22,443 nucleotides of DNA from Candidatus Bathyarchaeota archaeon (GCA_963833125.1 CAWHWX010000027.1:1-22443), one strand, 5' to 3'; counted from the stretch's first letter, positions 1-9,642 are shown. A program made the numbers and translations. Notes: generated by a model from the letters alone, not told the origin.

Positions 1-256
1 TCTTCACATTACTCATTTTCATGATGCTCATGCGGTTTTCAGTAGTCTATATCGTGTGGAATCGAAAGAAGACGGCGCGGTAGCCCGTCGTGTGTTGCAT
101 TCGAGTTCATGTCGGTCAACGGCCTGCCTCAAAGCAAATCGATCATACCCGCTCTGGGGGAGGCACGTAGATCGTCTGACCGCAGCGCCCACATTCAATT
201 GCTACTGTATTACTCAAATTTCATCAGGAAAACGCGAAAGCGCAGTCAATCAGTAC

Positions 257-469
257 TTAGGTGGTTCTGCGGAAACGCCTGTTCAGTTCTGCGAGAAAAT
301 GGGCTTTCTCTACGATAGTGTTCAATTCCCACCCAAATGTTAACAGAATCTCCACTACCTGGCTGAGGGAGAGACCTGAGTCAGCGGAAACGCGTTCCAG
401 CGCCTCCAGAATATCCTCTCGCAAATAGAGGCTTACCCCTCGCCTACGCCGCTTTACCCGCTCAACCAT
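257..469 (-). CDS. Ribbon-helix-helix (CopG-like) DNA-binding protein
   Basis: 70 aa; beta-strand VSLYL followed by helices EDILEALERVS and GLSLSQVVEILL, the typical RHH pattern. Confidence 0.75.
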   Translation of the reverse strand: MVERVKRRRRGVSLYLREDILEALERVSADSGLSLSQVVEILLTFGWELNTIVEKAHFLAELNRRFRRTT

Positions 470-642
470 GTGTCACTAAGGAGTGCTGCTGTGACTAACG
501 CATTTTACGAGAGTAGACGTGATCTTGTGACTCGAAGGCATACTCACGGCCCGTGGGAAATCATTGTCGCGGTACGACAACTCCCTCGACAATTCCCAAA
601 CCCATGCCGCTATTCACTATTCTAGCAAGGAACCTGTAGACG

Positions 643-885
643 TCAACGCCTCTCCTCCCCTATTTCCCTGGAAGGGTTTTTCGAGGTTGTCGAGACCGAC
701 AAAAGATTCTCCAAGCCCTTGGGTAGGAAGACGATAGCCGGTCCAAACAACTGCACCACGTAATCTACTCTGGTGTCAAGAAGATCCCCGATAGCCTTCG
801 GGAGTGGGAGGAGGTAGCGTTTGCATCGGTAACGGTTCTTCCTCATGTAACGTTTCCAATACCACGTAACCCTAATGCGAACCAT
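643..885 (-). CDS. Small basic protein, possibly AbrB/SpoVT-like DNA-binding fold
   Basis: 80 aa; RYLLPLPKAIGDLL...YVVQLFGPAIVFLP resembles the swapped-hairpin 'xLPK...I.L.P' pattern. Confidence 0.5.
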   Translation of the reverse strand: MVRIRVTWYWKRYMRKNRYRCKRYLLPLPKAIGDLLDTRVDYVVQLFGPAIVFLPKGLENLLSVSTTSKNPSREIGEERR

Positions 886-1022
886 TGTCGACGGTTGGTA
901 TCAGTAGGGCTAAGAATGTTGAAACAATTGAAAGGAAGACCGAGAGAGGTAACCGTGGCTTACCTGCTTTTTGGCATTTAGTCAACAATCTCAAACGAAA
1001 TCTGAGAGGCTGGTATCGTTCG

Positions 1023-1127
1023 TCAGTTATGCTTCCTGTGGATTGTCTCTTCTATCCTATTCAGTTTTGCATCTATCTCATCCAATCTTCGAAGTATCTT
1101 ATTGAAACAAGCTTCAGTATCTATCAT
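1023..1127 (-). CDS. 34-aa coiled-coil microprotein (not in ORF track)
   Basis: Translates as MIDTEACFNKILRRLDEIDAKLNRIEETIHRKHN*; GGAGGG SD-like motif (1135-1140) 7 nt upstream; I/L heptad pattern; co-oriented with the two neighbouring small genes. Confidence 0.6.
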   Translation of the reverse strand: MIDTEACFNKILRRLDEIDAKLNRIEETIHRKHN

Positions 1128-1296
1128 CCATAATCCCTCCTACTTTGTAGGAATCCCGAACTATGACTTAGCTTCTACGAATCGGTTGTAAAAAGGAGAC
1201 TGCAAAAGTTCGGGAGATGTGCTCCATGCGGGTTCGGCCCAACGGAATGGATGGAAATGACAAGGCATACTTTATTGAGGATGATTCTACTGCGTA

Positions 1297-2061
1297 ATGA
1301 CTTGTGGCGAGCGTGTGGAAGGCTTGAAATCTCTTAATGTTTTGTCAGTTCTGTTGGTCGTTATTGTCTTGTCCAGCCTTCTCGCGGGTGTACACGCACA
1401 GAGCCAGACGATAACGATTGGTAGCGCGGTGCAATTGTTCGAGAATTATTTGACCAGACTTGGGAATCCGAACTTAGCTCTCCATGAGGTTGAGGAGTAC
1501 ACGAACAATTTCTACGCCTCATACTACGAGAAAGACACCGGTATCTTCGCATTTCAGATGCTCATCTGGAAGCCTGGTTCTCCTTGGACCGGTGGGATGA
1601 TGGGTAATGGGTTTATGAGTGGTATAGTAATGCCGGAAGTGGGCCCTGACATGATGTGGAATACGAAGTATGGCGTGATGGGAGGGATGATGGGTATCTA
1701 CAGGCAAACTCCAACGAGTAGCATGACGGTTACACGGGAACAGGCGAAGGCGATAGCTCAACAGTATCTTGCCAGTAGTTTCAGTGGTACTATGGCTGGG
1801 GATGTTGATACGTTCTATGGATACTACAATGTGGATGTGTTGTCGAACGGGAACCCGTTGGGTATGCTTAGTGTAAACGGGTACAGCGGTCAAGTGTGGT
1901 ATCATAGCTGGCATGGAAGTTACGTTCAAACTGTCACCATAAGCGACCCGACTCCTGTACCTGAATTTCCTTATGTCCTTGTTACGCTAATGATGGGACT
2001 AGCATTGGTGAGCATTCTCCTGAAAACTTCACCGAGAAAGCGAACGGGAAGTCCCGCGTGA
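1297..2061 (+). CDS. Secreted Met/Gly-rich protein (PepSY-like segment) with PEF-CTERM sorting signal
   Basis: Signal peptide ending VHA-Q; GGMMGNG and MGGMMG repeats; LSVNGYSGQVW; C-terminal VPEF + TM helix + basic tail. Confidence 0.8.
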   Translation: MTCGERVEGLKSLNVLSVLLVVIVLSSLLAGVHAQSQTITIGSAVQLFENYLTRLGNPNLALHEVEEYTNNFYASYYEKDTGIFAFQMLIWKPGSPWTGGMMGNGFMSGIVMPEVGPDMMWNTKYGVMGGMMGIYRQTPTSSMTVTREQAKAIAQQYLASSFSGTMAGDVDTFYGYYNVDVLSNGNPLGMLSVNGYSGQVWYHSWHGSYVQTVTISDPTPVPEFPYVLVTLMMGLALVSILLKTSPRKRTGSPA

Positions 2062-2400
2062 GAACGATACTCTGGGCAACATCAGAACTCCCGTGGGCAT
2101 CGAGTTTGTGTGCGCGAGAATTGCCACTGGATTAACAAAGAAACCTTAGATAAGTCGACTGTCTGCACGACCAAACGGTTTTGACAGCCCGTTGTACCAA
2201 ACGGCACGGGATCCATCAAATAGTACGCAGGGGGCTATTCGAATCCCTCGCTGTACCTGTCCTTTGCTGGATGAACACCGGACCTTTGCCGGTTTGGGAT
2301 CGTGACCGAGGTTTACTGTCGTCCGTGAAAATCAACCGGATGCAGTAATAATCCTGCGTGCATATGCAAGTCAAGGTGGAAACCGATAACATCGGCGAAA

Positions 2401-2661
2401 ATGTTTACCGAAGCGGAAGCCCGGAAGATTGGAGATGCCCTACATATTGACTGGGGCAAAGTGGATTTTCAAGAGTTCGCCATGGGGGTTAATGTAGAAT
2501 TGGAACATGGGAACAGAGATCCAGAAACGAACGTCACAAATAGCGACCCGATCCTAACCGGCAAAATCGCGTTAGCCCACCTCAAGGAATATCCGGATTA
2601 TTACACTAGACTCGCCAAACTCGAGAAAGAAGCAGAAGAAGCCCTAAAGCCCAAGAATTAG
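2401..2661 (+). CDS. DUF5661-like small conserved protein
   Basis: GxxVELEH...KIALAHLKEYPDYYTRL motif. Confidence 0.8.
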   Translation: MFTEAEARKIGDALHIDWGKVDFQEFAMGVNVELEHGNRDPETNVTNSDPILTGKIALAHLKEYPDYYTRLAKLEKEAEEALKPKN

Positions 2662-2712
2662 GCAACGAACACCTTGCCCCCCAGTCTGCAGGTTATCCTT
2701 TTTCTATTGCGT

Positions 2713-3216
2713 TCAGGCTGCTTTAACGCTCGTTGTGTTTTCCGTTTCTTGCATCAGGTTGAATTTCTTGTAGAATAGAAGGTAACTGATGATAATGAAA
2801 TCTGCAATAATGGCAACGTGCATCATGGTACAGTAAATACAGATCGCCCTGACTAGAACCAGCTCTACGAAGACCAAGTACGGAACTATTACAATGCCAA
2901 TGAATCTCCATCCGAACAGAGTTTTCAGGGAGGTCTTGAATAGGGAATCGCTCCCAAAAGCAATGAAATAGACGAGCAGAAGATTGACGATGAAGTACCC
3001 GACCGCAAACAATTCAAGAGGAACCCCGAAGATCTCACTGTATCTACTGCTCAGTACGGCATAGCAGTTGATCGCTATCCCGGGGCCGCTCTGAAGAGGA
3101 CAGAAGGGTAGGTCTTGATTTAATGTGTAGTAGACCACTACCACCATTGAAGAGGCCCAAAGCCCGAATACGGACATGGCCATAAGCAGGACGAGCTTAT
3201 CCCAACTAATTCTCAT
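2713..3216 (-). CDS. Vitamin K epoxide reductase (VKOR) family protein
   Basis: Loop cysteines (PFC...INC..VLSSRYS.IFGVPL), about 4 TM helices, C-terminal CIYC active site. Confidence 0.93.
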   Translation of the reverse strand: MRISWDKLVLLMAMSVFGLWASSMVVVVYYTLNQDLPFCPLQSGPGIAINCYAVLSSRYSEIFGVPLELFAVGYFIVNLLLVYFIAFGSDSLFKTSLKTLFGWRFIGIVIVPYLVFVELVLVRAICIYCTMMHVAIIADFIIISYLLFYKKFNLMQETENTTSVKAA

Positions 3217-3366
3217 CTAGTACCCATCCCCTTCCAACTCATTTCTTGTGAAATGTCTTGGTCCTTGCTCGTCATCATCACGTATACCTACTGGAGTTGA
3301 CATTCAAACCTGTAAACGAACCATTATCCTAATCTTGGATATCCACCGTCAAAGCGTCTTCGTGCA

Positions 3367-3966
3367 GTGTGTTTGGTGTCATCAAAGAAGCCGGTAGAAA
3401 GAAAAAAGGGCCTAAGTAGATGGGAAAAGGCCGGTATTCCATTCATAATCTTGATAGTGGCCTGGGCGGTCTATTCAGTTGCGCAACCATCAATTAGTAT
3501 TCAGCCACAGACCAAGACTTCCTCGACTTTGTCGGGCGGTTATGCACCGGATTTCACGTTGCCGGTGGTCGGACCTAGCGGTCCGACGGGTGGGTCTGTT
3601 TCATTGTCTTCGCTGCGGGGAAAGGTTGTGTTCTTGGAGTTCATGGAGCCATGGTGTTCACACTGCCAGTCAATGGTTCCAACCCTAGAACAATTGCACA
3701 GAAACTATGGTAACGTGACCTTCATCAGCGTCTCAGGCCCGTGGAACGGCGCAAACCAGAATGACGTGGCCAGTTTCGAAAGACAGTACGGGTCAAGTTG
3801 GGCATATCTATATGATTCTAGCGGTTCGATTATGAGTATGTATGGCGTTAGTGCGACACCGACATTCTTCATTATCAACAGAAACGGCTCGATCGCAGCA
3901 TCACTCCAAGGAGACCAAGACTACGCCACGCTTGAGAACATGATGCTTCAATCCTTGCGAAGTTAA
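3367..3966 (+). CDS. Membrane-anchored TlpA/ResA-like thiol-disulfide oxidoreductase
   Basis: N-terminal TM; APDFTL, GKVVFLEFMEPWCSHC, cis-Pro TPTFFII; exact start uncertain. Confidence 0.9.
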   Translation: MCLVSSKKPVERKKGLSRWEKAGIPFIILIVAWAVYSVAQPSISIQPQTKTSSTLSGGYAPDFTLPVVGPSGPTGGSVSLSSLRGKVVFLEFMEPWCSHCQSMVPTLEQLHRNYGNVTFISVSGPWNGANQNDVASFERQYGSSWAYLYDSSGSIMSMYGVSATPTFFIINRNGSIAASLQGDQDYATLENMMLQSLRS

Positions 3967-4103
3967 CTTAGGGATTGACCAGCAGGGTCAGAGTCCGCAG
4001 AGTTCTGTGCCTAATACCAAAGTGGACTAGACTGAACACGACAAGCCACACACACGGCCCGCCCTAAGGTTGGAATAGTCAGCTAACGATTTCCCATCGG
4101 CCA

Positions 4104-4898
4104 TTAATCTTCTTTCTTGGCCTTTCCATGGCGGTGGGCGATAATTTTTGCAATTATGCTAACCGCTATTTCGGCAGGCGTGCGAGATCCTATGTCCAAG
4201 CCTATCGGCGCATTTACTCTTGCCAACAGTTCTTCTGCGATACCCTGCGCCTTCAGGTTGGAGAAAGTGGCTGCGACTTTTTCTTTACTGCCAATCATGC
4301 CTATGTACCCAGGCAGTTTCTTCTTGGAGAGGCATTCTTTCAAGACAACTTCATCGTGCTGGTGTTCGTGAGTCACTATGACGACGCAATCATCTGCATC
4401 GAAATCAATGGACTTGGTTACTTCAACGAAATCGCCTGACTTTACCTCATCAGCCATAGGAAAGCGCTTTCCATTAGCAAACTCCTGTCGGTCGTCAACT
4501 ACAACCACGGCGAACTCAAGCGCCTTTGCGAACTCGGCCAGTGGCACTGCAATATGGCCTCCACCGAAGATGTATACAGTCGAAGTCGCCAAGATAGGTT
4601 CCACGAAGACCTTCACCATCCCTCCGCAAAGAGCGCCAATACCATCCGTGCTCTGTTCGTCAAGCGTGAACTCCAGCAACTTAGAAGTCCTGTCGTGCAG
4701 GCAGCGCAAAGCTTCTTCGCGTACCTTGGCTTCGAGTAATCCTCCTCCAACAGTGCCCAGGCTCGTGCCGTCGGCGTATACCAGCATCTTGAAACCAGTC
4801 TTCCCTGGAACACCTTTCTCACCACTGACTACGGTTGCGAGCGAAGCGTTCGACCGCTCCCGCCTTATTCGCGCGATCTCTTCAAAGATATCGGGCAT
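4104..4898 (-). CDS. xdhC: XdhC/CoxI family molybdoenzyme accessory protein
   Basis: LATVV...PGKTGFKMLV..DG...GTVGGGLLE, CGG, IFGGGHIA, YIGMIGS, APIGLDIG..TPAEIAVSI; probable start ATG at 4898 (MPDIFEE). Confidence 0.92.
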   Translation of the reverse strand: MPDIFEEIARIRRERSNASLATVVSGEKGVPGKTGFKMLVYADGTSLGTVGGGLLEAKVREEALRCLHDRTSKLLEFTLDEQSTDGIGALCGGMVKVFVEPILATSTVYIFGGGHIAVPLAEFAKALEFAVVVVDDRQEFANGKRFPMADEVKSGDFVEVTKSIDFDADDCVVIVTHEHQHDEVVLKECLSKKKLPGYIGMIGSKEKVAATFSNLKAQGIAEELLARVNAPIGLDIGSRTPAEIAVSIIAKIIAHRHGKAKKED

Positions 4899-4951
4899 CG
4901 ACCCATCTTCATTTAATTGGCTGATGACTATCGGTACTTCGATCAATGGTC

Positions 4952-5344
4952 CTATGGTCGCTGCCCAGGTTTCCCTGGGAGTACTGCTGCAAGACGTGGT
5001 GCCTTGTAATCAAAATCCTTCCTAAGCACAAATGAGGTGTAATTGCCGTTTTCCTTCCTAGTAATTACACCTGCGCTTTCTAACATACTGAGATGATGTG
5101 CAACAGTCGAAGGAGGTGTCTTCGAAGCCTGTATTATGTCGCAAAAGCATAACTCTTGGACTTCAAGTAGGCCGAGAATGGTTAGTCGGAGCTCGTGGCC
5201 GATTGCCTGAAAGAATTGTGCTCGCTGAGTAAGCTCCTCATGGTTGTCCATAATGGGATGAGCGATACGCGCTTTCCTCGCTATGCCGCGGAGGTCTTCA
5301 GGTTTCTGTTTCGAGAGGGCGAATTGAGGCATTAATTTAGACAA
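4952..5344 (-). CDS. ArsR/SmtB family transcriptional regulator
   Basis: FQAIGHELRLTIL, ELCFCDI (ArsR ELCVCDL-like), STVAHHLSMLESAGVI; start may be the ATG of MPQF. Confidence 0.88.
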   Translation of the reverse strand: MSKLMPQFALSKQKPEDLRGIARKARIAHPIMDNHEELTQRAQFFQAIGHELRLTILGLLEVQELCFCDIIQASKTPPSTVAHHLSMLESAGVITRKENGNYTSFVLRKDFDYKAPRLAAVLPGKPGQRP

Positions 5345-5376
5345 CGTACGTCAAAGCTCGGAGTGTGGCGCCATAG

Positions 5377-5401
5377 TTATAAAACTAGTTTTCTAGTTTT
5401 A
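5377..5401. promoter_or_regulatory. Perfect 9-4-9 inverted repeat overlapping a TATA box; probable ArsR operator
   Basis: TAAAACTAG-TTTT-CTAGTTTTA (5380-5401) overlapping TTATAA (5377-5382) between divergent arsR and fmdE. Confidence 0.7.
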
Positions 5402-5502
5402 GTCTCGAAAGACAGGGTAAGCAATATACTCGTTCCGAGACTGACCGGAGTCTTGGTTGAAGTAAGCATGAGATTTGGCACAACTATCAGGAGATGGAGA
5501 AG

Positions 5503-6134
5503 ATGACGACACAACTCGTTCCTCCGGAATGGGCTTGGGAGTTTCATGGGCACCAGTGCCCTTCATGCCAATTGGATACCGGATGGGCAAGCTGGCCATG
5601 CAGCGCTTAGGCGTGGATCACGAAGCTGACCACGGATTTTTCATCTTTCCCGAGGTGGGTGAAGGCCATCCCCAAACTTGCATGATGGATGGTATGCAGG
5701 TCGCGACCGGCGCAACTTACGGCAAGGTGCTGATGACTAAGACGTTCTACGGTAAACTGGCCGCTACCTTCTACCATCCTAAGAAGGGCGCGGTGCGCTT
5801 CTCACTGAAACCGGAGTTCGTTGACGCATTTGGGAAGTTCGAGTTCTTCGCATACCGCAAGAAGGGAATCGAGCCTTCCAAGATTCCCCCAGCCGCAGCG
5901 CATGAAGTGATCAAGTGGGTTAACGACCAGTCTGACGATGCAATCTACAAGGTGGAGACTAAGCTGGATTTCACGTATGCTCCGCCGAAGGGTTCGTTCA
6001 ACAAGACCAAGTGCAACGTATGCGGAGAATACGTGTTTGAACGATACGTCCGCTTCAAGGACGGCCAGCCAGTTTGCATACCATGTTCTGGCTTCACTGA
6101 ATCGAGGCAGGATTCCCAGAAAAGCATGCGTTGA
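5503..6134 (+). CDS. fmdE: FmdE family protein with C-terminal zinc finger; one-base frameshift near 5560
   Basis: From ATG 5503: MTTQLVPPEWAWEFHGHQC, then one base is missing in the C run (5559-5561) and it continues as FMPIGYRMG...TCMMDGMQVATGATYGK...CNVCGE...CIPC; restoring a C gives the FHGHxCP motif. Confidence 0.88.
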
Positions 6135-6916
6135 GGTGGAAACCGAACACGGATACGACTCTGATCGCCGAATTTCTCGTTGTCCTAGTGATCTCGCTCG
6201 TATTCTCCATGTTTGGCAAGGGAGGAGGGTCCCTCTACACTCCCATCCTTATTTTGTTTGGCTTAGCCGTGTCCGCCGCGGTATCCACATCCCTATTCCT
6301 CAATCTGCTCGTCGCCCTCACCGCCATGATCGTATTCGCATGGCACAGAATAGTCGACTACAGGATCGCTGCCGTATTTGCTCCCGGGACCATCGCAGGA
6401 TCCATTACGGGGGTACTTATGAGCAGCTGGGTTCCGACAAACGTCGTCCTCGCGATACTCGCTATCTTCCTAGCATTCGCCGGCACCAGGCTGATCCTGA
6501 TGGGAAGGAAGAAAGCTGATGCGAAGAACACTGAGAGGAGAACAATTGTAATTGTTGTGGCCGTAATCATCGTCCTCTACTCCTTCCTGGTTGGTGTGCT
6601 ATCAAGCCTTATTGGAGTTGGAGGGGGACTAATCATTTTCCCATTCCTCGTACTCTATATGCGGCACAATGCACAGAGGGCTGCGGGCGCTAACGCCTTA
6701 ATCGTCACCATCTCGTCCCTTGTCGGAGCGGTAGGGCATGGCATCGTTGGTCATCTTGACTTGCTCGTCGCAACGGCCATTGCGGCTGTCATCGGAGCCG
6801 CCGTCGGATCACAGGTTACCGCGAAGTCCAGCTCACGATTCATAAACGCGGCCTTCGGAATTCTCGTATGGGCCTTCGCAATCGAAATCGCCCTAAGTTT
6901 GCTGGGCGTAATATGA
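6131..6916 (+). CDS. Sulfite exporter TauE/SafE family permease
   Basis: Two GxGGG repeats (FGKGGGSLYTP, IGVGGGLIIFP), about 8 TM helices; TTGA overlap with the fmdE stop. Confidence 0.9.
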   Translation: MRWKPNTDTTLIAEFLVVLVISLVFSMFGKGGGSLYTPILILFGLAVSAAVSTSLFLNLLVALTAMIVFAWHRIVDYRIAAVFAPGTIAGSITGVLMSSWVPTNVVLAILAIFLAFAGTRLILMGRKKADAKNTERRTIVIVVAVIIVLYSFLVGVLSSLIGVGGGLIIFPFLVLYMRHNAQRAAGANALIVTISSLVGAVGHGIVGHLDLLVATAIAAVIGAAVGSQVTAKSSSRFINAAFGILVWAFAIEIALSLLGVI

Positions 6917-7175
6917 TTCTAGCGAGGCAAGATCAGGAACACTTTCAATGGAGGTAGCCATGAGAGCGGAATAAGAACAAGGTCTGGTCCCAGATTTTTT
7001 CCAAGAGGCTTACAATTTGAAAACGCGAGTCAAGGCGTAACTAGGAACTGCTCGAAGAGAACCGTTCCTTCGTAGCTTTCCGTCGATTAGACTAGTCTGA
7101 TCGCGCTAGGAACTCTTACTAACATCTGGCTAAATTACTTCATTCGTATGAAAACTGGATAGGCGTGCTCGTTCA

Positions 7176-9587
7176 ATGACAATTAAGGCGACAGGTGACT
7201 TTGCCGACCTGCCAATTGAGGACACTTACTCAGCATTAAGCACGTCAGCCAACGGTCTGAGCGAGAATGAGGCACAGAGACGCATTAACGAATCTGGCTA
7301 CAACGAATTATCGGAGAAGCGGAAGAACCCGATTCTCGATTTTTTGGAGCGGTATTGGGGGCCAATGCCTTGGCTCTTAGAACTAACGATGGCTCTCTCA
7401 TACATCATAGGCCACTACCTAGAAGTTGGAATAGTCTTTGCACTCCTGACCCTGAATGCTATCATAGGATTTCACCACACTCGCAGCTCTCTGAAAGCAC
7501 TAGAACTTCTGAAGAAACGGTTAGCAGTTAAAGCGAAAATTCTGCGAAACGGAGAATGGGTCGTCAAGGATGCTCGAGAAATCATTCCAGGTGACATCAT
7601 ACAAGTCGGCTTAGGTGACTTAGTGCCGGCTGACGCCAAGATCGTGGCTGGAGAGGTGTCCGTTGATCAGTCAGCGTTGACCGGCGAATCACTTCCCGTG
7701 ACCACACATCAATCCGGGATTCTCTATTCGAGTTCCATCATAAAACGAGGCGAAGCAAAAGCTCTCGTACTCAACACGGGAGCCCACACATACTTCGGAA
7801 AAACTGCTGAATTAGTGAAAATCGCCAAGCCGAAATCGCATCAAGAACAGATCATGTCGGCCATTGTCAAGTATGCAATGTACTTTGGCATCGTATCCTT
7901 GGCGTTAGTGGTAGTAGACGCGGCTTTAACACGCGTCTTAGACGTTTTAACCATCGTCAGGTTCGCTCTAATCTTTCTCATGGGTTCCGTCCCAGTTGCG
8001 CTGCCTGCGGTCTTCGCCATCGTCTTGGCTGTAGGCGCAATGCAACTTGCCAAAGAAGGCGCCCTGGTAACTAGGCTCAATTCCATTGAGGACGCAGCAT
8101 CAATGGAAGTGCTCTGCCTGGACAAGACCGGTACAATCACACAGAACCAACTCTCTGTCACCGACCCTATCCCTTTCCAAGGGTTCGAAAAGAACGACGT
8201 CGCAATAATGGCGAGACTAGCCTCGAAGGAGGAGATTAGAGACGTAATTGACCTCGCCGTAATCGACTACGCAAAGAACCTCCCCGCCTCCGAACAGTAC
8301 ACACAAGACTCGTTTACTCCATTTGAACCGGCCACAAAAAGGTCCGAGGCAATCGTGGAACACGACGGAAAACGATTCAGAGTAACCAAAGGAGCACCAC
8401 AAGTAATCCTGTCTCTGTGCAAGGTGGACGATGAAACTGGAAAGAACGTTAACGCTAATGTGGAATCATTATCGAAGAAAGGCTATCGAACACTCGCGGT
8501 CGCCAAATCAGAGGATAATGATCTAGATAACCTCAAGCTGGTAGGGCTCCTGCCACTGGCAGACCCTCCCAGGCCCGACTCGAAGGAAACGATAGGGGAA
8601 CTGCAACGCTTAGGCGTAAAGACGAAGATGCTGACAGGAGATAACGTGGCAATAGCCCGAGAGATCGCAAGCCAAGTAGACATCGGCATTCGAATCTACC
8701 CGATGTCAAATCTCGAGAAACTACCAGAGGTGGATCAAGCAACTGCTCTGGATGATTATGATGGGTTGGCTGAGATTTATCCAGAAGACAAGTACAGAGT
8801 GGTCAAGCTTCTCCAATCAAGAGGTCATATGGTGGGAATGACTGGAGACGGTGTGAACGACTCCCCTGCGCTCAAACAAGCGGAAGTGGGCATAGCTGTG
8901 AACAACTCAACCGATGTTGCAAAAGTCTCTGCTAGTATAGTCTTAACCGAACCCGGCCTCAAGGTCATCCTCAACGCAATCAGTACGAGCAGACAAATCT
9001 ATCAGCGCATGCTAACGTGGGTTGTCAACAAGGTCACGAAAGTAATCCAATTCGTGGGCGTACTAGTCCTGGGGTTCTTCTGGTTGCACCACATCGTGCT
9101 CTCGGTGCTGGGCATGGTTTTGTTAGTGTTTGCAAATGACTTCGTAACAATGTCACTTGCCACGGATAATGTGAAGACCACGAAGAACCCGAATATTTGG
9201 AACGTGAAAAATATCACGTTAGCTTCACTCGTCATCGGTGCATTCTTAGTTGTGGAGGGAGCAGCGGTCATCTTCGTCGGCACCGATTATTATCATATGG
9301 ATCTAGCCACGCTTCAGACCTTCGTGCTGCTAACGCTAGTCTTCACCAGTCAGTTCAGGGTTCTCATTGTGAGAGAGAGGGGGCACTTCTGGTCGTCGAG
9401 GCCAGGACGAGAACTGGCCCTGTCCAGCCTGGTCACGGTGATTGGATTCGCTTTGCTTGGAGTTTACGGAGTTATCCTACCGCCCATAACCATAGCTCAA
9501 GTTCTACTTGTCTTAGGATTCTCTGCAGTGTTCACGCTTGCCTTAGACTGCCCAAAGTACTACGCGTTTAGGATGTTTGGCCTGTAA
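7176..9587 (+). CDS. Plasma-membrane proton-efflux P-type ATPase (P3A)
   Basis: TGES, PVALP, DKTGT, KGAP, DPPR, TGDN, GDGVND; FANDFVTM in TM6 as in H+-ATPases. Confidence 0.93.
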   Translation: MTIKATGDFADLPIEDTYSALSTSANGLSENEAQRRINESGYNELSEKRKNPILDFLERYWGPMPWLLELTMALSYIIGHYLEVGIVFALLTLNAIIGFHHTRSSLKALELLKKRLAVKAKILRNGEWVVKDAREIIPGDIIQVGLGDLVPADAKIVAGEVSVDQSALTGESLPVTTHQSGILYSSSIIKRGEAKALVLNTGAHTYFGKTAELVKIAKPKSHQEQIMSAIVKYAMYFGIVSLALVVVDAALTRVLDVLTIVRFALIFLMGSVPVALPAVFAIVLAVGAMQLAKEGALVTRLNSIEDAASMEVLCLDKTGTITQNQLSVTDPIPFQGFEKNDVAIMARLASKEEIRDVIDLAVIDYAKNLPASEQYTQDSFTPFEPATKRSEAIVEHDGKRFRVTKGAPQVILSLCKVDDETGKNVNANVESLSKKGYRTLAVAKSEDNDLDNLKLVGLLPLADPPRPDSKETIGELQRLGVKTKMLTGDNVAIAREIASQVDIGIRIYPMSNLEKLPEVDQATALDDYDGLAEIYPEDKYRVVKLLQSRGHMVGMTGDGVNDSPALKQAEVGIAVNNSTDVAKVSASIVLTEPGLKVILNAISTSRQIYQRMLTWVVNKVTKVIQFVGVLVLGFFWLHHIVLSVLGMVLLVFANDFVTMSLATDNVKTTKNPNIWNVKNITLASLVIGAFLVVEGAAVIFVGTDYYHMDLATLQTFVLLTLVFTSQFRVLIVRERGHFWSSRPGRELALSSLVTVIGFALLGVYGVILPPITIAQVLLVLGFSAVFTLALDCPKYYAFRMFGL

Positions 9588-9642
9588 GCACACAAGGAAC
9601 TTGCTCTAGGCAAGTATCGACGATTATCTGAGGCGAAGCAAA

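Noticed and set aside
56-343. + strand ORFs 56..343 and 109..318; possible multi-stem fold at 113-182
   Set aside because: No protein motifs and they overlap the RHH gene antisense; the stems (CGGTCA/TGACCG, TGCCTC/GAGGCA) are short with no supporting motif
885-1133. 82-aa + strand ORF
   Set aside because: Better explained as the antisense shadow of the 34-aa coiled-coil gene
2238-2256. TTCGAATCCCTC as a third tRNA fragment
   Set aside because: Lacks the G before TTC and a recognisable acceptor strand; only a weak local hairpin
4117-5025. Long + strand ORFs over xdhC, and similar antisense ORFs over the ATPase, dsbA, ctaA-like and ASST genes
   Set aside because: Antisense or alternate-frame shadows of well-supported genes
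5475-5561. N-terminus MAQLSGDGEDDD... of the fmdE ORF
   Set aside because: Artefact of the frameshift; the other frame holds the FHGHxC motif
2374-6146. AGGTGGAAACCGA upstream of both the DUF5661-like gene and tauE
   Set aside because: Largely the SD core GGTG plus a short extension; two copies are not enough to claim a separate element
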